Positions 16,682 through 25,641 of a DNA stretch of 64,000 nt are shown here, in pieces. The position numbers were made by a program, and so were the translations under genes. Position 1 is the first letter of the stretch; the number at the start of each line of letters is the position of its first letter. The stretch is from positions 1,352 through 65,351 of IMG/VR virus record IMGVR_UViG_3300028829_004004, one strand, 5' to 3'. The DNA comes from a virus. The notes under the pieces are model-generated. The model was not told the DNA's origin and searched no databases. It was given only the letters and a program-made list of their open reading frames with translations.

Positions 16682-18142
16682 TTAAGATGAGGAGGATTCT
16701 AGCTCCGGGGGGAGGAGAGCGAACTGATACATACTCATAAGCTCTGAGTTCCTTGCAGACCAGCGGGTAGACAAGCCAGTGAGGAGACACTTGTGGGTGA
16801 CCGCAGGGTCCGTGTATGGGTCTGTCACGTTAACCACTAGGTTCACTTCCCGTATGGCGGGGATGAAAGGCCCAGACACTGAGAAGGAGGTAGCAAGCAT
16901 CCGCTCCTCGTAGATGATGCGCTTCCCCACCTCTACAGCCTTCGCTTCATCCTGTATGTATGGGTTGTCAACCCCCTCCATCCGATAGTTCTGGTCCTCG
17001 ACTATCTCCTCAGAAGCAACTGTTAGAGTAATTCGGAAATCATCCAACTCGTTCTTGCGTTGGTTCTTCTGCCGGTTCTTGTTCTTGAGTCCTACCCCTT
17101 TCTGCTTCAGTCGTACATCAACCCACCTCGCACCATACTCACCCTCCCCCGCGGTGTGCGCCATGGGAAGCCGCTTCAACTCCTTATCGTCAGGAATAAT
17201 GGTGTACACTTCCAACTCAATATCATTCATCTCCCCGACTTCAAACCCACCGAACTTAGTGGCTTGTATTAGGATGTCCCCCGACTTGGGGTCCCTCTCC
17301 AACACTTCAAGGGTGATTGTGGAGTCAGTAGGGCTGACAACCATAGACTTCATCTGAGCATCGGTCAATACTTCCTTAGGGGTATAGCGTAACTTCACCC
17401 AATCCTGTGAATGTCCCATGACTTTCACAGTGTCTTGGTCTACAATCTGCCTGTTCCCGTCTTCTTGAGCGGAAAGGTACCGCCCTAAGACCTTCACCAC
17501 CCCAATAAGTCGTAGGTTGGAGTCGGTGCTGGCAAAGCTGCTGATATTCTGCGCTGTGAGGGAGGTATCCACGGCAGAGTTTACGTCCTTCTTTACGTCG
17601 GTGACCAACGTACCATCACTCTTCACATACAACTCTACGTTGCACGCCTCTGAGATACGCCGGACTGCTTCCATCAAAGAGTCCTCCCCCACAATGATGG
17701 AGCTAAAGGTTTCCGAATCATCCTGTGTGACATCAAAGTAGGCTGAGTCAAGGGAACCATAGGTGGTGAGGAGGGTGGTCATCACCTGTGTGCCTGTCGT
17801 GGTGGTGAACTCCTCGGTCGCTACAGGACGCTGATCCAGTCCTTCTATCACAGGGACTAGGGTGAAGTCCGCAACACTTGTTCCATCCCGTCCCTCCTTG
17901 CGGATAGCCACGTTCTTTATCTGCCCGACAAACAGGGTGTAGGTTGTCTTGTCGTAGTCTACGGTGAGGGTGAACAACTCATTTAAGTAGTTGGTCACAT
18001 AGGGGGTATACTTGTCGTCCCTATTAGATAGACTGACAGTCGCTGAGGGGCTACCCCGTAATCGGAGGTTGGTGGAGAACCCTATGAGATCCTCCGGGTC
18101 GATTGTAAAGAAGATGTCGGAGGCGTCGGATGAAGAGGGCAT
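16682..18142 (-). CDS. Tail-tip / baseplate hub protein (Tal/GpD-like)
   Basis: About 490 aa beta-rich ORF with SLMEAVRRISEACNVELYVKSDGTL hub-like segment; start moved to ATG 18142 to avoid a 70-nt overlap. Confidence 0.55.
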   Translation of the reverse strand: MPSSSDASDIFFTIDPEDLIGFSTNLRLRGSPSATVSLSNRDDKYTPYVTNYLNELFTLTVDYDKTTYTLFVGQIKNVAIRKEGRDGTSVADFTLVPVIEGLDQRPVATEEFTTTTGTQVMTTLLTTYGSLDSAYFDVTQDDSETFSSIIVGEDSLMEAVRRISEACNVELYVKSDGTLVTDVKKDVNSAVDTSLTAQNISSFASTDSNLRLIGVVKVLGRYLSAQEDGNRQIVDQDTVKVMGHSQDWVKLRYTPKEVLTDAQMKSMVVSPTDSTITLEVLERDPKSGDILIQATKFGGFEVGEMNDIELEVYTIIPDDKELKRLPMAHTAGEGEYGARWVDVRLKQKGVGLKNKNRQKNQRKNELDDFRITLTVASEEIVEDQNYRMEGVDNPYIQDEAKAVEVGKRIIYEERMLATSFSVSGPFIPAIREVNLVVNVTDPYTDPAVTHKCLLTGLSTRWSARNSELMSMYQFALLPPELESSSS

Positions 18143-18143
18143 C

Positions 18144-19415
18144 TTAAAGATCCTTGAAGGGTTGTACTTTATTATCGTAGACCACGGAACTATAACCGGA
18201 TAAGAAGGGGGCATTAAGGATTGTCTCTAGGTTACTAGGGATCAACGTAATGAACTCATGGTAGAACCGGCGGGAGAAACGGGCTAACTCACACCCCCTA
18301 CATCTCCGGCCCTTCCTCTTCTGGGCTTCCGCGTCAGCGATTCTCTTCTTAGTCTTGTCTGCAAACGTTTGCAAATCGGGGAACAACTCAAGTATCTTGT
18401 CGCAGTCCTTCCAACATTGGGTAACCGTGTATGGCTTACCCCTACGTTTAGGGGGAGGTTGCTTCACAGGGGTCTCCTTCTCCTGTAGCGGGGAGGCGGG
18501 CACACCTGCAAGCATAGTACTAACCTTATCTACAGGGAGTTTTCTCTTGGGGGTGTACAGCCCGGATAGCTGCCGATCCTCCTTCAGTCCTTCTAATTTA
18601 CTAGCCATACGTTTCCTTACAGCATACATGCCTTCAGTAATTTCCTTCTCCGGGTCACCTACCGGTTGCAAGGCGTACTCAATTGCCTCTTCAAAAGGGA
18701 TGTGATCAAACGCCCGTAAGCCGCTATTCGCATAAGTGTTGTAGATGGTTACCCCTTCTGCCTCAAAGAATCTGCGGACTTCACTGAACATCAAGTTCAG
18801 CCCTGCGTAGGAGTTGTTGTTGGACCGGCACCCACCTGTATGTTTCTCCTCCTTGAACGAGTATGGTTGGTCGGGGTCCATGTGAAAATCGCACCCAACT
18901 ATAAAAATTTTGGAGAACCCTAACTCATAAAGGAGGCGCATAGCTACCAGCATGACACTCCGTACGCCCGTTGCTTTCTTGTAGGTCTGGCCCTTCCCAA
19001 GTCCCCAGCATACCCGGTTAGAGGTGAGAAACTTCTCGGGGTCAAACCCCGTTTCCCTCGCGTACTGGTAGACGTTAGGAGCTTCCGTCAACTTTTTGGT
19101 ATGGGGGACATCTAGCTCGGTGTCCCATAACTGCTTGGTGCAGAACCCTTGGGGGACAAACTTCATAATAGTCGGGTCAAAGTACACTGACTTTAGGAAT
19201 CGGTCTGGAGGGTCAACACATGTCCACAAGTTGGGACGCACCGCTTTTGCTCCGTTGTTCACACACATCCTCGTTATGCCGGGTTTGTACAACAGCGACT
19301 TGTCAATCGCTGCCATAGCCTTTGGCCCATTAACGCAGAGGAAAGCAGATGCCCCCTTCATCATACCCTTCAGGGGTACTGGTTCATCTTGGCAGTTTAG
19401 TATCATGGCGCTCAT
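18144..19415 (-). CDS. Maf/DUF115-like putative glycosyltransferase
   Basis: GP-x..CVNN, CVDP, SVMLVAMRLLYELGFSKIFIVGCDF, IYNTY motifs of the Maf/MptE-like Rossmann fold. Confidence 0.6.
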   Translation of the reverse strand: MSAMILNCQDEPVPLKGMMKGASAFLCVNGPKAMAAIDKSLLYKPGITRMCVNNGAKAVRPNLWTCVDPPDRFLKSVYFDPTIMKFVPQGFCTKQLWDTELDVPHTKKLTEAPNVYQYARETGFDPEKFLTSNRVCWGLGKGQTYKKATGVRSVMLVAMRLLYELGFSKIFIVGCDFHMDPDQPYSFKEEKHTGGCRSNNNSYAGLNLMFSEVRRFFEAEGVTIYNTYANSGLRAFDHIPFEEAIEYALQPVGDPEKEITEGMYAVRKRMASKLEGLKEDRQLSGLYTPKRKLPVDKVSTMLAGVPASPLQEKETPVKQPPPKRRGKPYTVTQCWKDCDKILELFPDLQTFADKTKKRIADAEAQKRKGRRCRGCELARFSRRFYHEFITLIPSNLETILNAPFLSGYSSVVYDNKVQPFKDL

Positions 19416-20236
19416 CGCTGGACCTCAGTGTGAGTCTTAGTGTCGTTGTCTCGTATATGGTTGAGATGGTAAAGATAAGGGAGTGGCATGGATACCCTGC
19501 CTACCCTACGTCGGAAGGTTACATCTGACTTAGCTTTCTGGTACTTCTTCTCCCATGAGTAGTCACGGCAGTTGTTAGGAGGGATATAAAGCCCATCAAA
19601 ATTCTCTCGCATAGATTTGACCGAAACGATCTGGCAGAAGCCTGCACCGCAGTTACGCCTCTTCTTCAACCGCGCTCCCTTGGCCTTACCGAAGGGATCT
19701 CTAACCCGGTACGGGTACTTATGCGCAGCAACTAGTTTGTCTGCATCCCCTACAGGCATAGAATACCTCCCGGTGTAGAACATCCGCTTGTCATTCTTGT
19801 TCTCCTCTAAGAAGGGGAGTAACTTCTCGAACCACCGGGGACCAAACACCATATCACAATCTGAGAAGAATATGAAGTCTGCGTCCGACTCAGCTAACTG
19901 ACGGTTTCGCACCAGCCCTCTGTACTGTAACGTCTCCGTCCCCACATAGGGGGTGTGCTTGAAGTCTATGACTATGTTGCTAGACTTAGGGAGGCTATCA
20001 AAGAAATGTAGAGTCTGCTCAGTGGTGGGGTTCCCTGTCCGTTCATCATAAGCAACATTGAATACCAACTGTGGTATCTCACCAAGCTGCTCCAGTAGGG
20101 AGGAGATCATCCACGACATACGCCTTTGAAAATAGTGGCAGGATACTGCAATCTCAACTTTCATCGGGGGGAGAATCCGAGTCTTTTCATCTGGTACCTT
20201 AGTACAGGCTTCTCTAACTGGGTAGCTACATACCAC
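19412..20236 (-). CDS. GT-A (family 2-like) glycosyltransferase
   Basis: VRNRQLAESDADFIFFSDCDMVF with DxD motif; GAGFCQ; YHLNH. Confidence 0.75.
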   Translation of the reverse strand: MVCSYPVREACTKVPDEKTRILPPMKVEIAVSCHYFQRRMSWMISSLLEQLGEIPQLVFNVAYDERTGNPTTEQTLHFFDSLPKSSNIVIDFKHTPYVGTETLQYRGLVRNRQLAESDADFIFFSDCDMVFGPRWFEKLLPFLEENKNDKRMFYTGRYSMPVGDADKLVAAHKYPYRVRDPFGKAKGARLKKRRNCGAGFCQIVSVKSMRENFDGLYIPPNNCRDYSWEKKYQKAKSDVTFRRRVGRVSMPLPYLYHLNHIRDNDTKTHTEVQR

Positions 20237-20844
20237 ATCACAGTGTCATGGCTCGGGACCGGGAGTCGGTCACCACACAGTTTGCTGACTACCTTAGTTA
20301 ACTCAGTTGACTGCAAACAGTAGTAGCTGGCTATCCGTTTATGTCCATATCTCTCGTTGGGGGGTAGGCCCTCCGGGAAGAGCCGGGTTGCTCCGGGGAA
20401 CTTATCTAACCACCAATCATCGAGTACGTTCAACCAGTGTTGGGTCTGACCGGGGTCCCCTTTGACCTTGGTATACCCCCACTTGTGTCCGACTAGGTCG
20501 TAGTCGAACCACTCATCGAAGAAGACCTTACAGTACCTATCGTTGTTCCGCTGTAGGAGGTGAACGTCTGCGTCTAGCTTTACCCAGTAAGGGGTCTTTA
20601 CTTTTTCCGCGGCAAGGAACACAAACCCTGACAGCATCTTTTCCCTTTGGTTGTCTCCCGCCGGGGGGAACTCCCACTCAAAGATCTGTAGGTCCTTAGC
20701 GGGGAGAATGGTGCGGATCTGTTCATCGGTTACTGAGTCGTCCCTAAACACAATGAGGGGGTAGGACATTATGTTCATCCGCTGTTTCCAGTTTGCTGCA
20801 TTCATCTTGAACTTCTTCATGTACTTACGATCCACTGCGGTCAC
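20161..20844 (-). CDS. Putative GT-A glycosyltransferase
   Basis: VTAVD first strand, YWVKLDAD DxD motif; start uncertain. Confidence 0.55.
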   Translation of the reverse strand: MTAVDRKYMKKFKMNAANWKQRMNIMSYPLIVFRDDSVTDEQIRTILPAKDLQIFEWEFPPAGDNQREKMLSGFVFLAAEKVKTPYWVKLDADVHLLQRNNDRYCKVFFDEWFDYDLVGHKWGYTKVKGDPGQTQHWLNVLDDWWLDKFPGATRLFPEGLPPNERYGHKRIASYYCLQSTELTKVVSKLCGDRLPVPSHDTVMWYVATQLEKPVLRYQMKRLGFSPR

Positions 20845-20866
20845 AAACGTAACCCGCTCGTCTACC

Positions 20867-22387
20867 TCAGTGAACTACCCCTAAGTCTCCCTGTGCTTTG
20901 ATCCCTATGTCCTGCACCCTCAAAGGGATGTGAAGCCTGCCCCGGAACCCACGGGAATTCCGAATGAGGGCTAACTCTGAGTCGCCCTCCTCTACCCCTC
21001 GGGATATCGGCCAGTTATCAAGCTGGAATTTAATCAGCTTAGTTGACCACCATGAAGGGGAGGTTGACCCCGCCCTGACCCCGCGGTCTAGGAAAGAGAT
21101 ATGGTCTGCTTTCTGCGCTTCTGCTATACATCGAAGGTCCGCGAACTTAAACCCCTTGCCCGCCACCTTATCATCTTCCCAAATTATAGCATCGTGCTTG
21201 GTTTGTTCAAAACACCACTTGAGAGATAGACCATGCCCGACATTCTCAGTCCTCTGATGGAATACTGCGTCATCAAAGAGGGGAGTCACCTCTTTGATCT
21301 GGGAGAGGGTCTCCTCTATCTGAGACTCCATAGCAGGTACGTAATCAAGGTGTGCAACCCAACGTAACTTACACCCCTGCTTGTCAAACTTAGATAGGAA
21401 GTTACGCATTGCCTCCCCAACGGTAGCCCGTGGGACAATAGTGGTGACAACGTCAAGCCACACCCCCTCACTTTTGGGAGGGTTCCTCCGAGAGGGAGGA
21501 GGGTAGATTGGGATAGCGGGTTCCTCTTGTACTTGCTCCACTTCAGGTTGTCCCCCTTTTGAAATGTAGGGAGATACTGGGAGACGAACCTTCCGCATGT
21601 GGTCGGATAGTGCTTTGTCCCCTAGCGGATCTGAAAGGTAAAGGAGTTCTTGTTTCTCCCAGTAATAACTACGCCACTTCTTACTTAATGCCCACTTGCC
21701 TGTGTGCTTCCTGCCATGGAAGTGGGCTACCACACACCCGTCAAGACTACCATACCGTGCAGACCGATTGTACTCCTTGGGGGCAAGGTAATGTTTGAAG
21801 GAGGGGGCAAGGATCTGAGCACTAATCTCGTCTGGAATGAATAGGTTTTTTGCTGCCCCTAAGGGAGCGAGTTCTGTCCAGACCTTGATTATCTCGTGCC
21901 CCTTCTGGATACCAAAGACGCCTGTATTGATTGCCGTCCCATAGTTCAGGGCTTGCTCAATGTAGGGAGGGGAAACAATCCCCCGCCACCCTTCTATCCT
22001 GCCTTGGATAGTCTTACCTCGGGTGAACCAATCCTCGAAGTTAGTGAAGACTAGCCCATGTGTCTCGGTCCACTCAAAAAGCTGAGAGATATCCTGCATT
22101 ACAAGAGTGTCAGCATCTAAGAAAACAACAGTGTCGTGCTGGAGGTATTCCAGTATAGCCACTTTGGTGACCAGTGTTTTCTCCTGCCCCCTCTCCGGGA
22201 AGGTAACGATCTTCACCGAGTATGACTCGCACACGTCCATCAGTAGGGGGTGGGGTTCCCCCTCGTTATACACAACAACATCACCTGAGTAGTGGTCGCG
22301 TAAAGAGGCAATACTCACTGCCATGCGAACTAAACATTTGGTTCCAGAGTTAAAGTAAACTACAGCCTTGCTCATATTGCCTTCCAT
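20867..22387 (-). CDS. Two-domain GT-A glycosyltransferase (GT8-like + second GT-A)
   Basis: VSIASLRDHY, VVFLDADTLV, INTGVF, HFHG; Pro-rich linker; second domain with IIWEDD. Confidence 0.75.
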   Translation of the reverse strand: MEGNMSKAVVYFNSGTKCLVRMAVSIASLRDHYSGDVVVYNEGEPHPLLMDVCESYSVKIVTFPERGQEKTLVTKVAILEYLQHDTVVFLDADTLVMQDISQLFEWTETHGLVFTNFEDWFTRGKTIQGRIEGWRGIVSPPYIEQALNYGTAINTGVFGIQKGHEIIKVWTELAPLGAAKNLFIPDEISAQILAPSFKHYLAPKEYNRSARYGSLDGCVVAHFHGRKHTGKWALSKKWRSYYWEKQELLYLSDPLGDKALSDHMRKVRLPVSPYISKGGQPEVEQVQEEPAIPIYPPPSRRNPPKSEGVWLDVVTTIVPRATVGEAMRNFLSKFDKQGCKLRWVAHLDYVPAMESQIEETLSQIKEVTPLFDDAVFHQRTENVGHGLSLKWCFEQTKHDAIIWEDDKVAGKGFKFADLRCIAEAQKADHISFLDRGVRAGSTSPSWWSTKLIKFQLDNWPISRGVEEGDSELALIRNSRGFRGRLHIPLRVQDIGIKAQGDLGVVH

Positions 22388-22827
22388 TTCCCTAGTGGGC
22401 AGGACTCAACCGCGAGTCCCGCTTTCGCTACCATTATACAACCACAGTCCCCGCACACTCCCTCGTCAGGATCAAATAATGCGCATGAGTTGCAGATATC
22501 TAACCGAGTGTTGTGGACTTCTTTTGTTACCTTTATATGCTTGTCTCGGACTAACCCCCTTATCACCCTCTTCCCTGCCCCGGCTAAGTTCTTAATCCTC
22601 TGAGGGAGAGGTGGTGGGGTTATGGGGGTGGTGGTGAGCCAGTGGTTATTTTCAACACTCACCTCTTCGGGTACCCCCGCGGCACACTCGTACGCACAGG
22701 GAGCGTCTCGCCACTCAACCCCGTTGGATTCCGCTTGCGTGATAAGGTGACGGCGAAAAGTGCAGTCCCGTAAACAAGCGTGACAAAAAGACTCCGGGAC
22801 TGCCTTCTGCAAACGTTTGCATTTCAT
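22372..22827 (-). CDS. Cys-rich hypothetical protein (DUF6171-like)
   Basis: RLDICNSC...CGDCGC...K...CPLGKW C-terminus; family name from recall. Confidence 0.6.
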   Translation of the reverse strand: MKCKRLQKAVPESFCHACLRDCTFRRHLITQAESNGVEWRDAPCAYECAAGVPEEVSVENNHWLTTTPITPPPLPQRIKNLAGAGKRVIRGLVRDKHIKVTKEVHNTRLDICNSCALFDPDEGVCGDCGCIMVAKAGLAVESCPLGKWKAI

Positions 22828-22841
22828 ATCTTACCTCTTAC

Positions 22842-24158
22842 TTAAATGTAAGGGAACGGGTCAGCAAACAACGAACCCGAAGGTGTGTAGTTTGATAGGC
22901 TAACCGTCCCGCCATTCCTTATGTAAACCTGATCTATGTAACCTTCAACATCTGCATCAGTATCTTCTAAATTATTTCCAAGACAGAGAACTCCGTCAGA
23001 CTCATGGATAGTATCTGACAGGGTAAAAGAGTGGATGGAGGTACCGTCAAGAAAGATCTTCGCTGAACTACCCGACCGGGCTATTCGGACCTCATACCAT
23101 GTGCTTGACGAGATAGATGAGGTGACATCCACCTGCTCAATCGTGAAGTCGGTCCCGTTAGATGTCCATGCGAAAGCGAGATACCAGATAGAGCCACTTT
23201 TATAGAAGTCCATGGTCCAATCGCGGAAGGGGGGTGCCTGCCACTTCGCGATGTGTGTCTGATTGTTCTCGTTCCCGTTCCAGAAGAAAGCATACTGAAT
23301 AATGAAGTTGTTGTCAAGGAGATTAAAGCAGGACTGATCATCAACCAAAGCACCATCGTCAGAAGGTTCCTGACTACGAACGAGCGCGTAAGTATTATTC
23401 CCATTCATCTTTAGTGAATCGGTGCCCAAGTAAGACTCAGTGCCTGAGACTGCCGCGCCTCCATTGAAAACAAGAGTGTGCCCTGCTGCGGAGACATCCT
23501 CATAAGTCCCACCGTCGAAGTTGAGAGCTAGTGGTACCTCGTCACAAAGTTCCGAACTAGAGGAGTTGTTACTGAGAGACGCGCTAGATGATGAGGAGCT
23601 AGAGGATGAGGAACTAGAACTCGATGACGAGGAGGAGTCGGTCCCCTCACAATTGGCACAGGAGGGGTAGGGTCCAGACACATCTGTGATAAGGGTGAGT
23701 TCCTGACAAGGGTCGGAGTCCTCCTCAATGTCAGGGATCTCGTCAATGATCTCGTAGCAGGTACCTGTTATTGAGACCACATCTCCTACATCGTACCCCG
23801 GTAACTCCTCCACACACACGTAAGCACAAAAGGGAGGTCCATCACACTGGTCTAACTTAAAGTATGATGGGCAACCCGATGAGCTTGAGCTTGAGCTTGA
23901 GCTTGAGCTTGAGCTTGAGCTTGAGCTAGAGGACGAGAGGAAGCATTCCTCGTACAACCAGTGGCCTAAACTAGAACTAGATGATGAGGAGTTAGACGAG
24001 AGAGAAGAAGAGGAACTGGAGGATGAGAGGAAGCATTCCTCGTACAACCAGTGGCCTAAACTAGAACTAGATGATGAGGAGTTAGACGAGAGAGAAGAAG
24101 AGGAAGAAGACTCTTCGTCGCAACAATTATCGCAAGCGTTCTCTATAGGCCAAAACAT
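22842..24158 (-). CDS. Poly-serine protein with C-terminal LamG/ConA-like domain
   Basis: Ser tracts, Cys-rich module, LamG features (WYEVRIARSGSSAKIFLDG, GYIDQVYI). Confidence 0.75.
   Translation of the reverse strand: MFWPIENACDNCCDEESSSSSSLSSNSSSSSSSLGHWLYEECFLSSSSSSSSLSSNSSSSSSSLGHWLYEECFLSSSSSSSSSSSSSSSSSSSSGCPSYFKLDQCDGPPFCAYVCVEELPGYDVGDVVSITGTCYEIIDEIPDIEEDSDPCQELTLITDVSGPYPSCANCEGTDSSSSSSSSSSSSSSSSSSASLSNNSSSSELCDEVPLALNFDGGTYEDVSAAGHTLVFNGGAAVSGTESYLGTDSLKMNGNNTYALVRSQEPSDDGALVDDQSCFNLLDNNFIIQYAFFWNGNENNQTHIAKWQAPPFRDWTMDFYKSGSIWYLAFAWTSNGTDFTIEQVDVTSSISSSTWYEVRIARSGSSAKIFLDGTSIHSFTLSDTIHESDGVLCLGNNLEDTDADVEGYIDQVYIRNGGTVSLSNYTPSGSLFADPFPYI
23881..23927. repeat. (GAGCTT)n microsatellite encoding poly-Ser
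   Basis: Seven full copies plus a partial copy. Confidence 0.95.
23935..24105. repeat. 90-bp tandem duplication (30-aa unit LSSNSSSSSSSLGHWLYEECFLSSSSSSSS)
   Basis: GAGAGGAAGCATTCC recurs at 23935 and 24025. Confidence 0.9.
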
Positions 24159-24174
24159 CTAGGGAGTCCATTTC

Positions 24175-24474
24175 TCAGGGGAGTGTGGCAGGGTAAAAAT
24201 CGGAGGCGGGATCGGACAACAAAGGCTTTACCTCAGCCTCTGTCAAAAAGGTAACCCCTGCGTCTACCATCTGTTGGACTGCGGCTGCTGCGGCAGGGAT
24301 AGTCTGTGCAATGTCATTGTCCCACTCAATCAAACATAGGCGGGGATTGACATCCTCACGACTTAAAACCACCGACTCCATCACCGTGTTTAACCCGGTG
24401 GCCCGGATCAACTGGATATGCTCCTCTGTTAACTGGGAGTGATGAATCATTGCGTACTTGATATCCATTAGCAA
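24175..24474 (-). CDS. Hypothetical protein
   Basis: Overlaps upstream stop; operon packing. Confidence 0.6.
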   Translation of the reverse strand: MLMDIKYAMIHHSQLTEEHIQLIRATGLNTVMESVVLSREDVNPRLCLIEWDNDIAQTIPAAAAAVQQMVDAGVTFLTEAEVKPLLSDPASDFYPATLP

Positions 24475-25641
24475 GGTACCTCAGTTTGGATGACAGACCC
24501 GAGCGAACCGTTAAAGTACTCGCCATCGTTACTGTTCCCGGATTGGTCTGGTATAGTGGACAGAGCCACTACCTCTTCCGCACGGTAGTGAATGAAAGTA
24601 CTGACTGCGGGGGTTATAGGGCAAGCAGTCGCCCCACCAAAGTCCGCGAAGTCTGATGGGTCGTCATACCCTTTTGTGACAATAAACTCATCAAAGTAGC
24701 AATCGGGTTCCATCATCTGGATATAACTGGTGGGAGAAGCGAGAGTCCCTGTGATTGTGGTACTACTCGCTTCCACGGTATTGTCTATTATAATCTGGGC
24801 ATTCCCTGTGGTGGTATTGATCCGAATAAGAACATGATGCCAAGCACTGTCTGCCCACCCCCCACCGGTTTGAATGCCAATGTCACCGGGGCGGTAGAAG
24901 ATAGCGCGTATACTTGACCCTGTATCGGGCCGAACAAACATCCAAGTGTTGCCGCCGTTGTTGCCTTTGATAAATGGTTTTGCTTGGTTGGCTGAGATCC
25001 ACTTCATAAAGAAACTGACGGTTGCTGTGTTCCCCCAACTTGAGAAACCAGAGTCAGTACGTAGGTAGTCATTACTCCCGTCGCTCTTAAACGACTCAGT
25101 AGACTCAAACCCTGCGCTGGAACTGGAACTGGAACTGGAACTGGAACTACTTGAAGAAGAGCTACTCGAAGAAGAGCTACTTGAAGAAGAGCTACTCGAA
25201 GAAGAGCTACTTGAAGAAGAGCTACTCGAAGAAGAACTCGAAGAAGAAGAGCTACTCGAAGAAGAACTCGAAGAAGAAGAACTAGACTCAAGAGCACCAG
25301 AAGAACTGGAGGAGGAACTAGACTCAAGCGCGCCAGAAGAACTGGAGGGGACCAGAAGAACTAGAGGAGGAACTAGACTGAAGGGGACCAGAAGAACTAG
25401 AGGAGGAACTAGACTGAAGGGGACCAGAAGAACTGGAGGAGGAACTAGACTGAAGGGGACCAGAAGAACTAGAGGAAGAACTGGAAGAGCTTTCAAAGAC
25501 GCAAGCGTCACAGTCACTGAAGATAGCGTCTACGTCTTCCAACGTGTGAGTGATGGGGGCAACGGTAGTCCCCACCGATTGGTAGCATACCCCGTCAATG
25601 CGAAGCACCTCACCATAGTAGTCTTTTGTTACAACACTCAT
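24468..25641 (-). pseudogene. Frameshifted poly-serine/LamG protein (two ORFs 25324-25641 and 24468-25517)
   Basis: N-terminal ORF reads CYQ...SSSSSSSSGPLQ repeats, downstream frame continues GALE-Ser repeats and a LamG domain; junction near 25346-25350 lacks 17 nt of a 36-nt repeat unit. Confidence 0.7.
25119..25490. repeat. Nested tandem repeats: (GGAACT)5, 15/30-nt Ser units, 36-nt GALE-S8 and GPLQ-S8 units
   Basis: Read directly from the sequence. Confidence 0.9.
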
